Shown piece by piece: positions 1 to 9,963 of a stretch of 64,000 nucleotides of DNA. This DNA is from an uncultured Actinomycetes bacterium (GTDB taxonomy: Bacteria > Actinomycetota > UBA4738 > HRBIN12). The notes beneath the pieces are model-generated. The model was not told where the DNA came from and did not search any database. It worked only from the letters and a program-made list of their open reading frames with translations. Position 1 is the stretch's first letter, and the number at the start of each line of letters is the position of its first letter. The translations under genes and the position numbers were made by a program. The DNA is taken from the NCBI GenBank assembly GCA_963810945.1, contig CAWEPI010000008.1, positions 74,366-138,365 of the forward strand, read 5' to 3'.

Positions 1-653
1 CGCTCGTCGTGAACTTCACGGACACGAGCACCGGCTCGCCGACGAGCTGGTCCTGGGACTTCGGGGACGGCGGCACGTCGACCTCGCAGTCGCCCCAGCA
101 CCAGTACGACACCACGGGACCTTCACCGCGACGTTGACCGCGACCAACGCGCTGGGGTCGGATCGAGGTCTCGCAGACGATCACCGTCAGCACCACGGCC
201 GTCATCACTCCCTCCGACGACACCCAGATCAACCTGTCGGGCGGGCTCGTGCCCGGGTCCGCGCCGAGCTTCAGCGCGGACGGCTCGCCGGTGAGCGACG
301 GCCTGCTCAAGTTCAACGTCAACGTCGGGGGTCCGATCACGGGCGCCACGCTCCGCCTGTACTGCGTGGACCCCTCCTCCGCGGGCGGCACCTTCTACGC
401 CGCCACCGAGACCAACCCCCCCTGGAGCGAGAACACGGTGACCTGGGCGACCGCTCCGGTAGCCGGCGCCAGCTACGGATCCCTCGGAGCGGTCAAGGTC
501 GGGTTCTGGTACGAGGTCAACCTCTCGGCGCTCGTGACCGCGAACGGCACCTACACCCTGAGGATCAAGAACACCTCGACCAACGGGGCGGACTACGCCA
601 CGAAGGAGGGCGCGGCTGGATTCGCTCCCCAGCTGGTGGTGACGACCGCCTGA
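1..653 (+). CDS. 5'-truncated secreted protein: PKD domain (WDFGDG...HQYDTTGTFTATLTATN) followed by a beta-sandwich C-terminal domain (WSENTVTW motif, DNRLRE/CBM-like); frame broken twice (near 116 and 160)
   Basis: Translation in frame 3 then frame 2 then frame 3 gives a continuous PKD-like sequence. The C-terminal 134 aa ORF 249..653 is clean. The window starts inside the gene. Confidence 0.5.
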
Positions 654-723
654 GTCCGGGCTCCGTCTCGTTCAGTCTCGCGCAGAGACTTGGAGCGCCC
701 CACACGTCTGCGAGGATGCCTAC

Positions 724-1182
724 ATGCTCCGGGCCGCCTTCCTCGCGCTCGCCGTCGTGACCCTCGCGGCGTGCGGCGGCGAGCACTGCCCCGACGCGAA
801 CACCACCCCCGGCCACATCACGTTCGCGAAGGGACCCGCGCTCACCGTGCGGATCGCGGACGACGCGCAGGAGCGCGCCGACGGGCTCATGAACGTGACG
901 GGGCTGCCCGCGAACGAGGGGATGGCGTTCCTGTTCGGTGGCCCCACCGACGCGACGTTCTGGATGAAGGACACGCCGCTACCCCTCTCCGTCGCGTTCG
1001 TCTCGAACGGGAAGATCGTCGCGATCCGCGACATGGCGCCGTGCACGGCGGATCCCTGCCGGACGTACGCTTCCCCATCGACGTACACGATGGCCGTCGA
1101 GGCGAACCGGGGGTGGTTCGCGGGCCACGGCATCGAGGTCGGCGACCGGGTGGAGAGCTTCGATGGACCGTTCTGTCAGTGA
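724..1182 (+). CDS. DUF192 domain lipoprotein
   Basis: Signal peptide with lipobox LAAC. Motifs ADDAQERADGLM, FWMKDTPLPLSVAF and EANRGWF are typical of DUF192. Confidence 0.8.
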   Translation: MLRAAFLALAVVTLAACGGEHCPDANTTPGHITFAKGPALTVRIADDAQERADGLMNVTGLPANEGMAFLFGGPTDATFWMKDTPLPLSVAFVSNGKIVAIRDMAPCTADPCRTYASPSTYTMAVEANRGWFAGHGIEVGDRVESFDGPFCQ

Positions 1183-1495
1183 GGGACCCGAGGACTGCCT
1201 GCTCTGCCGGGCCGAGCGCGTCACCGATTGGTTCCACGAGGACGACGACTGCTGGGTGGCCGAGTGCGTGGTCTGCCGCACCCCCATGGTCGTGTGGCGC
1301 ACCCACGGCCTGCCCGAGCCCGAACACGAGGCCCAACTCCTGGCCCACCTCGAACGGGTGGCCGCCGAGCGCTACGGCGACGAGGGCTACTGGGTGGATC
1401 CCGAACGCCGCCGCATCCCCGACCACTGGCACGCGCATGCGCGGCCGGCCGGAGAGTTCTTCGATCCCAAGAGCTCGCTGCACGGACGCACCTGA
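1163..1495 (+). CDS. hypothetical Cys-rich small protein (CxxC...C...CxxC)
   Basis: 110 aa ORF overlapping the DUF192 3' end by 20 nt. Composition is protein-like and there are two CxxC pairs. No family recognised. Confidence 0.4.
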   Translation: MDRSVSEGPEDCLLCRAERVTDWFHEDDDCWVAECVVCRTPMVVWRTHGLPEPEHEAQLLAHLERVAAERYGDEGYWVDPERRRIPDHWHAHARPAGEFFDPKSSLHGRT

Positions 1496-1612
1496 CCGAG
1501 CCGACCCGCAACTGTTGCGGACCTGTGACTTCTTCCGCTCGACGGCCGGATGAGCCCTTCGGTTGCTTGACACCGGTGGGTCCCCGCAGGCATCCTGGGG
1601 CCCGCGCAGCTG

Positions 1613-1720
1613 TTCGACCGGACCACCGGAGACACGGCTGCCATGCACGTCCGCTCCCTGCGGGGTTCATCCCCCCGGGCGACGGTACGACGTTCTTTTC
1701 GGTTGACCGGACCACCGGAG
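1613..1720. promoter_or_regulatory. two perfect 16-bp direct repeats GACCGGACCACCGGAG (89 bp apart) plus a related inverted copy CACCGGTGGGTCC in the sulfate ABC operon leader
   Basis: Repeats at 1616-1631 and 1705-1720. Related element at 1571-1583. All lie upstream of the sbp start at 1781. Confidence 0.4.
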
Positions 1721-1780
1721 GCCGAGCACCCAGAGGCCTACCGGCTGCTCGGCATGCCGGTCGATCGAAAGGAAGCTCGG

Positions 1781-2872
1781 ATGCCCATCCGTCTCAGGAG
1801 GCTCTACGACGCGGCGCTCGTCGTGCTCGTGATCCTCATCCTCGCCGCGTGCTCCGCGAGCAACGCGTCGGACTCATCCACCAGCGCCAGCGGCGGCTCC
1901 TGCACGCCGTCGGACAGCCCCACCATCACCTTCCTCGCGTACAGCACGCCGCAGGAGGTCTACGACGCCAAGATCATCCCGGCGTTCAAGTCCATGTGGA
2001 AGGACAAGCACGACGGCCAGATCGTGAACTTCCTGGAGTCCTACGGCCCGTCTACGACCCAGGCCCAGAACGTCGTGAACGGCCAGCCCGCCGACGTCGT
2101 GGCGCTCTCGCTCGCCCCCGACGTGGACACGATCGAGCAGGCCGGCCTGATCACCCACGACTGGACCGACGCCCCCGACGGCGGCATGGTCTCGTCCTCC
2201 GTGGTCGTGTTCGACGTCCGCCCCGGCAACCCCAAGGGCATCAAGGACTGGAACGACCTCGCCAAGTCCGGCACCCAGGTCCTCACGCCCGACCCCGCCC
2301 AGAGCGGCGGTGCGCGTTGGAACCTCGTGTCCATGTGGGGCTCCGCGCTCCGCGGCGACGTGCCCGGCATCTCGAAGGACGACGAGTCCGGCGCCACCAA
2401 GCTGATGAACGACGTGACCGCCAACGTGGTCGCCTACGACAGCTCGGCCCGGAGCTCGATCCAGAACTTCGAGGACGGCAACGGCGACGTGGCCATCACC
2501 TACGAGAACGAGGTGAAGACCGCCGAGGCGGCCGGACTCCCGGACGAGGCCGTCTACCCCAAGGGGTCGGTCCTGATCCAGAACCCGGTGGCCGTCGTGG
2601 ACAAGAACGTCGACGAGCACTGCGTCCGTGACGTGGCCGAGGCGTTCGTGAGCTTCCTGCACACGAAGGAGGCCAAGGGCTACTACGCCGACCCCGGCTT
2701 CCTCCGCTCGACCGACGTCGCCAAGGCGCAGGCCGGCGACCCGGCGAACGGGTACCCCGCGATCCAGGACCTCTTCACGGTCGATGACCTCGGGGGTTGG
2801 GACGCGCTGAACGAGAAGTTGTTCAGCGACAACGGCATCGCAACGCAGGCAGTGGCCAACTCCGGCCAGTAG
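1781..2872 (+). CDS. sbp: sulfate/thiosulfate ABC transporter substrate-binding lipoprotein
   Basis: Sbp/CysP-like sequence (FLESYGPSTTQAQNVVNGQPADVVALSLAPDVD). Start ATG at 1781 with SD GAAAGGAAG, followed by a lipoprotein signal (ILAACSAS). Confidence 0.85.
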   Translation: MPIRLRRLYDAALVVLVILILAACSASNASDSSTSASGGSCTPSDSPTITFLAYSTPQEVYDAKIIPAFKSMWKDKHDGQIVNFLESYGPSTTQAQNVVNGQPADVVALSLAPDVDTIEQAGLITHDWTDAPDGGMVSSSVVVFDVRPGNPKGIKDWNDLAKSGTQVLTPDPAQSGGARWNLVSMWGSALRGDVPGISKDDESGATKLMNDVTANVVAYDSSARSSIQNFEDGNGDVAITYENEVKTAEAAGLPDEAVYPKGSVLIQNPVAVVDKNVDEHCVRDVAEAFVSFLHTKEAKGYYADPGFLRSTDVAKAQAGDPANGYPAIQDLFTVDDLGGWDALNEKLFSDNGIATQAVANSGQ

Positions 2873-2886
2873 CCGAAAGGACGACG

Positions 2887-3744
2887 ATGAGCAGCGCCGC
2901 GCAGATCACGACCCGCAGTCGGACCCGGTTCTCCCCGCGGTCAGCTGCGCGGCTGCGGCGGCTGAGCCTGCGCGGCGCTGCCATCGTCTATCTCGGGGGC
3001 ATGGTGCTCCTGCCCGTGGTCGCCCTGCTCGTGAAGGGCTTCTCGGCAGGCTTCGGCTCCCTCTCGCACGCGCTGTCCGCGCCGGGAGCCCTCGCCGCCA
3101 TCCGCCTCACCCTGATCACGGCCACCCTCACGGCCGTCATCAACGCCGTGATGGGCACCCTGCTCGCCTACGTGATGGTGCGCTACCGCTTCCCGGGCCG
3201 CGCGCTGCTCTCCACGGTGGCGGACCTCCCCATCGCGATCCCCACCCTGGTCACGGGCCTGATGCTGGTGGCGATCTACGGGCCCAACGCGCCCATCGGG
3301 AAGTTCCTGTCGGACGCGGGCATCAAGGTGATCTTCGCGCCGCTCGGCATCGAGCTGGCGCTGCTCGTGGTCACCCTCCCGTTCGTCTTGCGCACCGTGC
3401 AGCCGGTGTTGCTGGAGCTCGACCCCGCCGAGGAGGAGGCCGCGACCACCCTCGGTGCGAACGGGTGGACCACCTTCCGCAAGGTCGTGCTCCCGACGAT
3501 CCGTCCCGCGATCGCCGCGGGCGCGCTGCTGTCGTTCGCACGCGCGTGCGGGGAGTTCGGCAGCATCGTGATCGTCTCGGGCAACATCGTGAACAAGACG
3601 CTCACGGCGCCCGTCTACATCTTCCAGCTCACGAGCCAGTTCCGTTTCGAGGAGGCCGCGGCGGTCGCCTCGCTCCTGTTCGCGATCTCGTTCGTGATGG
3701 TCATGATCACCGCGCGCCTCCTCCAGCGGAAGGAGTCGGCATGA
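2887..3744 (+). CDS. cysT: sulfate ABC transporter permease CysT
   Basis: Six-TM ABC permease with an EAA-like loop (EEAATTLGANGWTTFRKVVLP). ATG at 2887 with SD. Confidence 0.85.
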   Translation: MSSAAQITTRSRTRFSPRSAARLRRLSLRGAAIVYLGGMVLLPVVALLVKGFSAGFGSLSHALSAPGALAAIRLTLITATLTAVINAVMGTLLAYVMVRYRFPGRALLSTVADLPIAIPTLVTGLMLVAIYGPNAPIGKFLSDAGIKVIFAPLGIELALLVVTLPFVLRTVQPVLLELDPAEEEAATTLGANGWTTFRKVVLPTIRPAIAAGALLSFARACGEFGSIVIVSGNIVNKTLTAPVYIFQLTSQFRFEEAAAVASLLFAISFVMVMITARLLQRKESA

Positions 3745-4628
3745 GCACCGCCGCCGCGACGCCCTCGGCCGTGACGGCCACACCCCCGGAGCCCGCCGCC
3801 CGCCGCGCCGACCTGCGCAAGCGCCGGGTGACCAAGTGGCTGCTCGTCACGGCGGCGGTGAGCTACGTCGTGTTCCTCCTCTTCCTGCCGCTCGCCGGCA
3901 TCGTCTGGACCGTGGTGAAGGCCGGCTGGCACACGATCGCGGAGACCTTCTCGAACGGCAACGTGGTGCACGCCTTCGAGCTCACGGCGGTGATCGCCGT
4001 CATCACGGTGGCGGTCACGACGTTCTTCGGGGTGCTGGTGGCCTGGGTGCTGGTGCGCCAGCACTTCCGCGGCAAGTGGTTCCTGAACGCCCTGGTGGAC
4101 CTGCCCTTCGCGCTTTCGCCGGTCACCGTGGGACTGGCCGCCGTGCTCCTGTTCGGCCGCGGCGGCTGGTTCGAGCCCTGGTTCGACGCGCGCGGCATCC
4201 AGATCATGTACGCGCTGCCGGCCATGGTGATCGTGACGATCTTCATCAGCCTGCCCTTCACGATCCGCGAGGTGCAGCCCGTGCTCGAGGAGCTCGGCAA
4301 GGACGAGGAGGACGCCTCGCGCACCCTCGGCGCCTCCATCTCGCAGACGTTCCGCAAGGTGACGCTGCCCAACATCCGCTGGGCGCTGCTCTACGGCATC
4401 GCGCTGTCCACCGCGCGCGCGATCGGCGAGATCGGCGCCGTGCTCCTCGTCTCGGGCAACATCCAGGGCAAGACCGAGACGGCGACGCTCACCATCTACA
4501 ACGCGTTCGAACACCGGCAACAGGCCACGGGCTACATCGTGGCGCTCACGCTGGCGACGGTCTCCATCCTCCTGCTGGCGGGGATCGAAGCGACCAAACA
4601 CAAGATCAGAAGGGAGCGGACCAGATGA
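3741..4628 (+). CDS. cysW: sulfate ABC transporter permease CysW
   Basis: Paralogous permease. ATG 3741 overlaps the cysT stop (ATGA). SD GGAAGGAG. Confidence 0.85.
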   Translation: MSTAAATPSAVTATPPEPAARRADLRKRRVTKWLLVTAAVSYVVFLLFLPLAGIVWTVVKAGWHTIAETFSNGNVVHAFELTAVIAVITVAVTTFFGVLVAWVLVRQHFRGKWFLNALVDLPFALSPVTVGLAAVLLFGRGGWFEPWFDARGIQIMYALPAMVIVTIFISLPFTIREVQPVLEELGKDEEDASRTLGASISQTFRKVTLPNIRWALLYGIALSTARAIGEIGAVLLVSGNIQGKTETATLTIYNAFEHRQQATGYIVALTLATVSILLLAGIEATKHKIRRERTR

Positions 4629-5731
4629 CGCAGCCCATCGTGGTCGAGGCGCTCACGAAACGCTTCGGGGACTACGAAGCGGTATCCGACGTCTCATTCA
4701 CGGCGCCCGCGGGCGCCATCACCGCCCTGCTGGGGCCGAGCGGCTCCGGCAAGAGCACCGTCCTGCGCACGATCGCGGGCCTGGAGACGCCGTCGGCCGG
4801 GAGGATCTGGGTGGGCGACGAGGAGCTGACCGACAAGAGCGTCCAACAGCGCGAGGTCGGATTCGTCTTCCAGCACTACGCCCTCTTCCGGCACATGACG
4901 GTGGCGCAGAACGTCGCCTTCGGCCTGGCCGTGCGCAAGGAGTCCAAGGCCGTGCAGCGCCAGCGCGTCGACGAGCTGCTCGAGCTCGTGCAGCTCGCGC
5001 CCTTCGCCAAGCGCTACCCCGACCAGCTCTCCGGCGGGCAGCGCCAGCGCGTGGCCCTCGCCCGTGCGCTCGCTCCCCAGCCCCGCGTCCTGCTCCTCGA
5101 CGAGCCGTTCGGGGCCCTCGACGCGCGCGTCCGCCAGGACCTGCGCCGCTGGCTCGACGAGCTGCACCGCGAGCTGGGCGTCACGAGCCTCCTCGTCACC
5201 CACGACCAGGAGGAGGCCCTGGAGCTCGCCAACCAGATCGTGGTGATGCACCAGGGCAAGGTCGAGCAGGTCGGCACGCCCGACCAGATCTATGACGACC
5301 CGGCCACGGCGTTCGTGGCGGGCTTCGTGGGCTCGGCCAACGTCCTGCACGGCGAGGTCGTGGACGGACATGTGCACCTCGGGGTCGTCCGCGTGCCGGG
5401 CGCGGACCACCTGGAGGAGGGGTCGCAGGCCACCGCCTTCGTCCGCCCGCACGACGTCCGGATCACGCCCGACGCTCCCAGCGGGTCGATCTACGCGAAG
5501 ATCGACCGCGTCGCGTCGCTGGGCTGGCTCGCGCGCCTCACGCTCCGCCTGCCGGACGACACGATCATCGTGGCCCACGTCCCCCAGGATCAGCTGGCGG
5601 GCGCCGGCGAGGGCGACACCATCTCGGTGGATCTGCGCAACCCCAAGGCCTTCCACCGCGAGGACGCGATCGGCGCCGAGGCGCTCGCCGAGACGGACGA
5701 CGCCGCGCAGGAGGTGCCGAGCTCGGCATGA
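4625..5731 (+). CDS. cysA: sulfate ABC transporter ATP-binding protein CysA
   Basis: Walker A GPSGSGKST, signature LSGGQRQRVALARAL, Walker B LLLDEPFGALD, and a C-terminal TOBE-like domain. ATGA overlap with cysW. Confidence 0.9.
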   Translation: MTQPIVVEALTKRFGDYEAVSDVSFTAPAGAITALLGPSGSGKSTVLRTIAGLETPSAGRIWVGDEELTDKSVQQREVGFVFQHYALFRHMTVAQNVAFGLAVRKESKAVQRQRVDELLELVQLAPFAKRYPDQLSGGQRQRVALARALAPQPRVLLLDEPFGALDARVRQDLRRWLDELHRELGVTSLLVTHDQEEALELANQIVVMHQGKVEQVGTPDQIYDDPATAFVAGFVGSANVLHGEVVDGHVHLGVVRVPGADHLEEGSQATAFVRPHDVRITPDAPSGSIYAKIDRVASLGWLARLTLRLPDDTIIVAHVPQDQLAGAGEGDTISVDLRNPKAFHREDAIGAEALAETDDAAQEVPSSA

Positions 5732-5952
5732 GCGCCGAGCCGGCCCGCGTGCGCACGGTGGACACCCCCAGCGGCAGTGGCGACGTCCCCGCCGAGGTGC
5801 TCCGCTTCGCCGCGCTCCCCGAGGAGCAACGCAGGCTCCTGCTGCACGTGAGCGAGCTGCTCGGCGAGATCGCCTACGGCAACGTCGTGATCGTGTTGCA
5901 GGACGGCAAGGTGATCCAGATCGAGACCTCGGAGAAGATCCGCCTGCGCTGA
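5728..5952 (+). CDS. YezD/DUF2292-family small protein
   Basis: The C-terminus YGNVVIVLQDGKVIQIETSEKIRL matches the YezD family. ATG overlaps the cysA stop (ATGA). Confidence 0.6.
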   Translation: MSAEPARVRTVDTPSGSGDVPAEVLRFAALPEEQRRLLLHVSELLGEIAYGNVVIVLQDGKVIQIETSEKIRLR

Positions 5953-5961
5953 GGCCGCGAC

Positions 5962-7191
5962 CTACTCTCCCCATACGGCGCGGGCACGCTCGGTCAAGAC
6001 GGGGAGCCTGCTCGCGAACGGGAACGTCCACGCCTTCGCCAGGGCGATGCCGCCACCGAGCAGCGCCATCACGACGCCCAACGCTCCCCATCGATCCCCC
6101 AGCGACCCGGCGCCGCTGCCCGCCATCAGCAGCAGGCCGAGGTTCAGCAGCACCACCTGCGTCCGCCCGCCGGCTTCGAAGACCGCCAGCGCGCGGCGTC
6201 GCTCGGTGGGGTGACCCGGTCGGGCCATCGGCAGGAGGTACGACCACGCGCCCAGCAACACCTGGATCAGCCAGCCCAACACGAACGCCGTCAAGAAGAC
6301 CTCGCGGAAGCGATCGACGCCGGCCGCTCCGCTGAACAGCGCCACGGCGAGCCCGATCGATCCGCTCACGAACCACACGACCGCGCCCATCATGTGCCAG
6401 GCGGCCGACGGGATCGCCCACGACCGCTCCATCCGCAAGACCGAGCCGATGAGCCAGACGAGCGAGAGCGCGCCGGCCGCGTAGGCCACACCTCCCGCGG
6501 CGAGCGCGCCGGTCCAGGGCCCGACCCACCCGACGACCTGCAGGGCGAGGCCCGCGACGAGCAGGCCGAGCATGAGGGCACCGCGACGCGGCGGCATCCG
6601 CACCCGAAGGGCGGTGGGCAACAGGGTGATCATCGTGCCGACGACCGTGAGGGAGGCCCACCCCAGGACGTTCACGGTCATGTGCATCCGCTTGACGTCG
6701 AGGTACTCCGCGGCACCGACCGCGTGCGCGCCCATCAGGGCCCCGAGCGTCGCCCCCACGAGCACGGACGCGACGGCCGCGCCATAGGCGGCCATCGGCA
6801 ACCAGTGGCGCTTGTTGAGCGCGCGGCGCCACGCCCGGACGAGCACCCATCCCAGGATCGCCATGGCCGCGGTGAAGGAGGCGCCGCCCACGGCCGTGAG
6901 CCAAGGGGTGGACGTGGGCATGCCGATCGCGATCATCCCGACGCCCGCGGTGAGCAACGCGAACTGGCCGCGCACGAGCCGGTCGGGCGGGCCGGGCGTG
7001 GCCGTGAGCGCGAGCGCGAAGTTCTGCATGGCGCCGGAGATCGCGGTGGAGATCGCCCCGGCGAGGGCGAGATGGAGCGGCAGCCAGATACCGAGGCGCC
7101 ACCGGAACGGCAGGAGGAGCGAGAGGACCGCCGCCGTGAGCCATGCCCGCGAGGCGGTCTGATAGAGCGCGGTCGTCGTCCTCGGCCTCAT
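5962..7191 (-). CDS. polytopic membrane protein, function unknown
   Basis: 409 aa with about 10-12 hydrophobic helices. It lies 4 nt downstream of the AAA_16 ATPase gene on the same strand. Confidence 0.55.
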   Translation of the reverse strand: MRPRTTTALYQTASRAWLTAAVLSLLLPFRWRLGIWLPLHLALAGAISTAISGAMQNFALALTATPGPPDRLVRGQFALLTAGVGMIAIGMPTSTPWLTAVGGASFTAAMAILGWVLVRAWRRALNKRHWLPMAAYGAAVASVLVGATLGALMGAHAVGAAEYLDVKRMHMTVNVLGWASLTVVGTMITLLPTALRVRMPPRRGALMLGLLVAGLALQVVGWVGPWTGALAAGGVAYAAGALSLVWLIGSVLRMERSWAIPSAAWHMMGAVVWFVSGSIGLAVALFSGAAGVDRFREVFLTAFVLGWLIQVLLGAWSYLLPMARPGHPTERRRALAVFEAGGRTQVVLLNLGLLLMAGSGAGSLGDRWGALGVVMALLGGGIALAKAWTFPFASRLPVLTERARAVWGE

Positions 7192-7195
7192 CGGC

Positions 7196-8386
7196 TCAAC
7201 GCGAGGCGAGGGGGAACGACCGCCGCAGGAACCGATCGAACTGCGGGACCGTGAACGCGGCGTAGCCGTAGGACGGGCTGTACAGGAGTCCCTTGTCGAT
7301 CAAGCGCGTCCGGAGCTTGCCCAGCGCCTCCGACGATCGGCCGGCCACGCGCGCCACGTCGCCGGCCCGCTGCGGTTCGGGACCCAGCTCCGCCATCGCC
7401 CGCAGGTACCCGAGCTCCTGTTCGCTCGCTCGCTGGACCCTCACCTGGAAGAAGCTCGCGTCCAACCTCGCTTCGACGATGGCCTGCGCCTCGACCGCCT
7501 CGATCGCGGTGATGGGCGATCCCTCCGCCCGGTCCCACAAGGCCTTGCCGTATTCCTGGATGAAGTAGGGGTACCCCTCCGTGTACACGACCACGGCATC
7601 CACGGCTCGTTCGTCGAACGTCACCCCGAGGTCGTTGGCGGGTTCGGTCAACGCGTCGATCGCATCGGGCACGGCGAGCGGACCGAGTCGATGGAACCGG
7701 AAGAGGCGCTCGGCGTAGGACTTCGCCTCCCCCGCCAGGCGGGGGAGATGCGGAAGGCCCGCGCCCAGCAACGTGACGGGCAGCTGCCGCTGCCCGAGCT
7801 TGTGCAGCGCGCGGATCAGAGCCTCGAACTCCACGCGCGTCAGGAACTGGACCTCGTCGAAGAGGAAGACCACGCCGGTGTCCTGCTCGCGCGCCGCCTC
7901 CCCGAGGGCGACCAGCACGTCGGTGAGATCCTCCCCGAGCTCACCGCTGTCGGCCGTTCCGACGATGGGGTCGACGTCGATCGTGCCCGTCACCGAGCCG
8001 TCCGAAGAGACCGTGATCGAGAAGGACTGCAGGACGCCGGCCGCACGACGGAGGCGGTCACGCCATCGGTCGCGCGGCGCCAACTCCAGCAGCGCCCGCC
8101 GCACGAGCTGGACGATCCGCGGCCCGAACGGTGCGTCGGGCGAGATCTCGGCTTCGACGGGCACCCAGCCGACGAGGGCTGCACGCTCGGCGAACGCGCC
8201 GAGGAGGACGGTCTTCCCCACCCCGCGCAGGCCCGTGACCAGAACCGCCTGGTCGGCATGCCCGCGGCGGAGCCGTTCGAGCATGATCTCCACCTGGTCG
8301 AGCTCGGCGTCACGTCCTACGAGCGCCGGCGGACGCACCCCCGCGTTCGGCGTGTACGGATTGAGCCTCGGATCCACGAGGACCAC
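7196..8386 (-). CDS. AAA_16-type ATPase (archaeal-ATPase-like P-loop NTPase)
   Basis: Walker A LVTGLRGVGKT, Walker B VVFLFDEVQ, and a C-terminal winged-helix-like region. Confidence 0.7.
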   Translation of the reverse strand: MVLVDPRLNPYTPNAGVRPPALVGRDAELDQVEIMLERLRRGHADQAVLVTGLRGVGKTVLLGAFAERAALVGWVPVEAEISPDAPFGPRIVQLVRRALLELAPRDRWRDRLRRAAGVLQSFSITVSSDGSVTGTIDVDPIVGTADSGELGEDLTDVLVALGEAAREQDTGVVFLFDEVQFLTRVEFEALIRALHKLGQRQLPVTLLGAGLPHLPRLAGEAKSYAERLFRFHRLGPLAVPDAIDALTEPANDLGVTFDERAVDAVVVYTEGYPYFIQEYGKALWDRAEGSPITAIEAVEAQAIVEARLDASFFQVRVQRASEQELGYLRAMAELGPEPQRAGDVARVAGRSSEALGKLRTRLIDKGLLYSPSYGYAAFTVPQFDRFLRRSFPLASR

Positions 8387-8466
8387 CTTACCATCTTGGG
8401 CATAGTTTGTCGGCTACCGTCAAAGTCTGCCCAAGCTGACAATCGGCGGCGGGGATGCTTCGGGGG

Positions 8467-9963
8467 TCAGACCCCCTCCTGCGCCGTGATCCTCCCGGCG
8501 GAGACGGCGTCGAGGAGCGCCCGGTAGTCGCGCTCGTTCTGGTCGGCGTAGGCCACCGAGAAGTCCGCGATGGCGCGGTCGAAGGTCTCGCCCTTGCCGA
8601 GGTAGGACGCGATCGCGATGCGGTCGCCCCACCGCGCATGGGCCCTCGCGAGCGTCGCCCCGCACATCCGCGCGTAGAGTGTGGCCCCTGGCACCCGCAT
8701 GGAGTCCACCTCCGCCGATCCCTTCCAGTCGTGGAGCTGGCGCACGTAATAGTCGCGTGTCTCCCCGTCGAGATCCACGACGCGCTGCCAGCCCAGGAAG
8801 ATGTCGCTCGCGGCCTGCATCAGCCGCTGGCCCTCGACGACCCTGCGCCCGTGGTGTGAGAACTCGCTCCGACCGACGAACCGTTCCAACACGGATGGCT
8901 GCGCCTCCTTCGCTTGGAGGAACAAGGGGTCGTCGTCGTCGCGCCCCACGAGCAGGAGGACCCACGCGCGCGTGCCCACGCTCCCGACGCCCACGACCTT
9001 GCGCGCGGTGTGCACGTACGCGAATTCCTCGAGGGGATGATGTCGGTACGGGAGCGTCCGCCGATACGAGCGGAGCAGCCGACGCATGGAGTCCTCGGTG
9101 GCCTCCGCCGTCGTGCCGGGCAGCACGAGGCCCTCGATCGGCACGACCAGGGGTGGATCGGCCGCGATGCGCAGCTCCCCGTCGCGCTCCTCCCCCAGCC
9201 TCGTGAGGACCCGCGCATGGTCGCGCGTGCGCGCCTTCGCGATGTCCTTCTCGGCCTCCTTCGCCTCCCGCTTGCCGAGCTGATCCCTGCTGACCTCCTC
9301 CTGGATCCACTCCAGCATCTGTCCGATCTCCATGTGGGCGTACCAGGAGTCCAGCGTGCGCATCGCGGCCGCGTCGCGCATCACGCCGCGATACTCCCGC
9401 ACGGCGGTCATCACCACGGCCCGGCGCTCGGGTGCCGAGAAGCCGAGGTCGCGGCCGGCAACCTCGATGCTGGCGGCGAGGCGTTTGACGTCCCACTCCC
9501 ATGGTCCCGGGAGCGTCTCGTCGAAGTCGTTGATGTCGAACATCATCTGGCGCTCGGGGGAGGCGAACACCCCGAAGTTGGAGAGATGGGCGTCGCCGCA
9601 GAGCTGGACGTGGAGCCCGGTGCGAGGGGTCGCGGCGAGGTCGGAAGCCATGATGAGCGCGGCGCCCCTGAAGAACGTGAAGGGTGAGACCAGCATCCTC
9701 CCGTAGCGGACCGGCACGAGCTCCTCCACGCGGGTCGCGGCCTGCTCCTCGAGCAGGGCGATCGGGTCGGGTCGGCCGGTCGCCGGCTCCCAGCCTCCGT
9801 GATCGGAGCGCGGGATGCGCCCGCGGACGACCTTCCCCCTCGCGACGCGCTCGTCGGGGCTCAGGTGGGTCGCGGGCGCGGCCCAAGCCGTCGTCCTCGA
9901 GGCGCTCCCACCGTCGGGCCTGGGCGGAACCACATGGCTCGATCCGGTGGTATCGGAACTCAC
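8467..9963 (-). CDS. DUF2252 domain protein
   Basis: Motifs RPDPIALLEEQAATRVEELVPVRYGRM, QLCGDAHLSNFG and DINDFDETLPGPWEWDVKRL are typical of DUF2252. GTG at 9963 is preceded by GGAGG. An alternative ATG lies at 9981. Confidence 0.75.
   Translation of the reverse strand: MSSDTTGSSHVVPPRPDGGSASRTTAWAAPATHLSPDERVARGKVVRGRIPRSDHGGWEPATGRPDPIALLEEQAATRVEELVPVRYGRMLVSPFTFFRGAALIMASDLAATPRTGLHVQLCGDAHLSNFGVFASPERQMMFDINDFDETLPGPWEWDVKRLAASIEVAGRDLGFSAPERRAVVMTAVREYRGVMRDAAAMRTLDSWYAHMEIGQMLEWIQEEVSRDQLGKREAKEAEKDIAKARTRDHARVLTRLGEERDGELRIAADPPLVVPIEGLVLPGTTAEATEDSMRRLLRSYRRTLPYRHHPLEEFAYVHTARKVVGVGSVGTRAWVLLLVGRDDDDPLFLQAKEAQPSVLERFVGRSEFSHHGRRVVEGQRLMQAASDIFLGWQRVVDLDGETRDYYVRQLHDWKGSAEVDSMRVPGATLYARMCGATLARAHARWGDRIAIASYLGKGETFDRAIADFSVAYADQNERDYRALLDAVSAGRITAQEGV

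Noticed and set aside
4694-7144. 816-aa minus-strand ORF and other long ORFs antisense to cysA and the membrane protein (e.g. 6211..7254, 5292..6335)
   Set aside because: Low-complexity R/G/A-rich translations antisense to strongly supported genes.
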